A stretch of DNA of 63,999 bases, the filler included, from Jimgerdemannia flammicorona (lineage: Eukaryota), in assembly GCA_003990765.1 (NCBI GenBank). It is 3 parts of 3 records of this genome, joined end to end, with 100 filler letters (N's around TTAATTAATTAA, not from the genome) between each part and the next. Parts side by side here need not be neighbours in the genome. Positions count along the whole stretch, not along the records: positions 42,908 to 63,999 come from RBNJ01001536.1; 2 more parts are not named here. One strand, 5' to 3'. This document shows, in pieces, positions 61,900 to 63,999 of this stretch. A program made the position numbers and the translations under genes. A model generated the notes under the pieces. That model was not told where the DNA came from. It was given only the letters and a program-made list of their open reading frames with translations, and ran no database searches. How positions within the stretch are numbered: the first letter of the stretch is position 1; each line of letters begins with the position of its first letter.

Positions 61900-63827
61900 A
61901 ACTTATTGAGATTATTCAAAGTTGTTCTGCAATTCTCTTTTCAAAAATGAGATGCTTTATACTACTGAGAAGTAGTATTCACATTCTGGAAGATAGGTAT
62001 ATTCTGAAATATACTATAGTGACTGGGGGTGGAAACTCAGTTATATATATATATCTTTAATAATAATTTTCTCATTTCTTTATCTATTTATTTTTCTTCT
62101 GAAACTTGGCCAGCTGAAATAGTTAGTCTAAAATAACAAGTAAGCTGAATGAGTAGGAATGAGTGAGCTGAGTGAATGAGCAAGTATGATAAAAATTTTG
62201 ATTATCAATCTTACTATATAACAGATTGTACTCACATCATATTTGACATCTTAATTTCATATCTCTGATATCTAATCTTAAACTCTTTCTATACTATTTT
62301 TATAATTTTTACAATCTTTAATAATTTAAAATATTTATAAAATATATTATCAGAGAGAGTAATACTTATTTCTCTTCTTTTTGGTATTGATGAGATAAAT
62401 ATCAATATTCTAGGAAGAGCAATATGCCATCCTTTATATCTCAGTATTGGAAATCTTTCTAGAAAGTTTTATCAATATTATCAACAGCTTGGCTATATTC
62501 TTATTGGATATTTTTCTTCTCTCAAGCCCACTGGAAGAGAAGAACATACTGAATACTTTATATAAATCAAGAAGTTCTTATATTATAAGTATATGAAAAA
62601 TATTTGAATGTCTGGATGATATATCAAAAAGATGATATTAACTTAATTACTACTAATATAATTATTATTTTATCTATAATATTAAAACTATTCTCTTAAC
62701 TATAATTTTAGAGGATATTTATGGAAAAGCCCTGATGGCAAAGCTTGCTGGTGTTTTCCAGTTCTTATGGCCTTTTAGGTGGATTATCTGAAATCCTGCA
62801 AACTGACTCTTATATATCAGAGTCATACTTGTCCTTGATATCTAGTTACAAAACAACAATTTAGTAATCTGCAGACAAAATATAAAGACTGAACAGTAAA
62901 ATAAATGTTAAAGATTTATTAATATATAACATAATTACAAGAAGTTGATATATATATCTGGAGATACTTTTTGTTAAAAATATAGTTTAATATATATATC
63001 AAAGATATATTTATATATTATTTATTAAATATTGATTATTATGACAAATACTGATTAATATATTTATTTATATAGAATTTACTCTGGAATATTCCAAGAA
63101 GCAATATCTATTTGACAATTATATTAGACTTATTGCATCAGCTTAAAAAGAGTGTTTAGATATATTTAATACAATGATTTAAAGATCTGGTTTATTATAT
63201 TTATACTCCATGAGAGACAAATAGATATCTGAATGAACTGAATAAGTGAATTTCACTAGTTCTCAATTTACAGATCTCAAGATCTTTTCAAAGGGTATTT
63301 ATAATATGCAAAATATTACTGTAAGTAAATATACTCAAATTATGAAAGTAAATTATTTTATTTTATTTTATTTTCAATATTTACAGACTCTGTATATTTA
63401 TATTAATATTGTATCTTCTATAACTAATTCAGATCTTTCTACTATATTCCCAAGGATTTTTTGATAATAAGAATGTCTTAAAAGCCATTAAAGCCACTTA
63501 TACTTTTATAAACTAGTTTATATTAATCTCATTACTAATTTAACAAGAGGGATCTCTGATAGATACTGATAGACTTTTAGTTGAATTTGATAAGCTTAAG
63601 AATAGATTTCAGATCATTGATGGTTGGTCTGCAAATATTCTGAAAATATATATAATGCAGCATTATATAGAGAATATCTAAGAATTTGGAACTCCTGGTA
63701 ACTTTGATATAGAATCTACTGAATATCAACATATTGCAGATATATACCTACCCTATAAAGTAATCAACAAACATAATTCAGAATCTCAGATGCTAAAATA
63801 TATTTACTATCAATCAGTAATTTATAC
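61900..63827 (+). mobile_element. Plavaka-type (CMC/EnSpm-related) transposase relic with introns
   Basis: Decayed motifs: VYSEIYYSDWGW (~62000), HPLYLSIGNL..ILIGYF (~62430-62517), CFPVLMAF*VDY..CP (~62750-62836), DLLHQLKKSV (~63127) and EFGTPGNFDIESTEYQHI (~63682-63735). Confidence 0.75.
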
Positions 63828-63999
63828 TGTAACGTGCCGGCTCAATGGAGGCAAATTACAAGGTTGGGGGTTGATGTAGTTTGGCTTGAGCCCCCAGTTA
63901 CTTTGTTAAAAGCAACAAAATGTTCTTGGTGTTTAGCGGTATAATAGTCAAAGCTGGATATCTGCGAGCGATTTCCTTATTGGGACGGTTCTCTGGGTG
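63828..63999 (-). mobile_element. 3' end of a young LTR of the Gypsy 1 family, inserted into the Plavaka relic; continues beyond the window
   Basis: Reverse complement of ~25785-25971, starting TGTAAC and retaining CpGs lost in the older copy. Confidence 0.85.

Overview
Fungal genomic DNA. Intron-rich GC-rich genes and the transposon repertoire suggest an early-diverging fungus such as Mucoromycota; this is inference. The window is three separate ~21 kb contigs joined by artificial 100-nt linkers (N44-TTAATTAATTAA-N44 at 21356-21455 and 42808-42907), so adjacency across these points is not biological. One CpG-rich gene island (~12.7-21.35 kb) holds a 5-exon cytochrome P450 (-), 7-exon GET3 (-) and 6-exon YIF1 (+); GET3 and YIF1 are divergently transcribed. 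The rest is CpG-depleted transposon debris riddled with C>T/G>A changes: an apparently endonuclease-less Penelope-like element with an inverted partial copy, three L1/Tx1-type LINEs of two subfamilies, four Ty3/Gypsy elements (two keep a dUTPase between protease and RT), and Copia, hAT and Plavaka relics. Best leads: (1) a small unannotated helical ORF family in the env position of divergent Gypsy elements, with four copies of three variants; (2) transition-only, RIP-like hypermutation of repeats; (3) the endonuclease-less Penelope element forming a ~4 kb palindrome; (4) a half Zn2Cys6-like motif inside a Gypsy pol; (5) a P450 lacking the I-helix catalytic Thr. Exon coordinates were derived by hand from GT-AG sites and frame continuity; TE boundaries are approximate.
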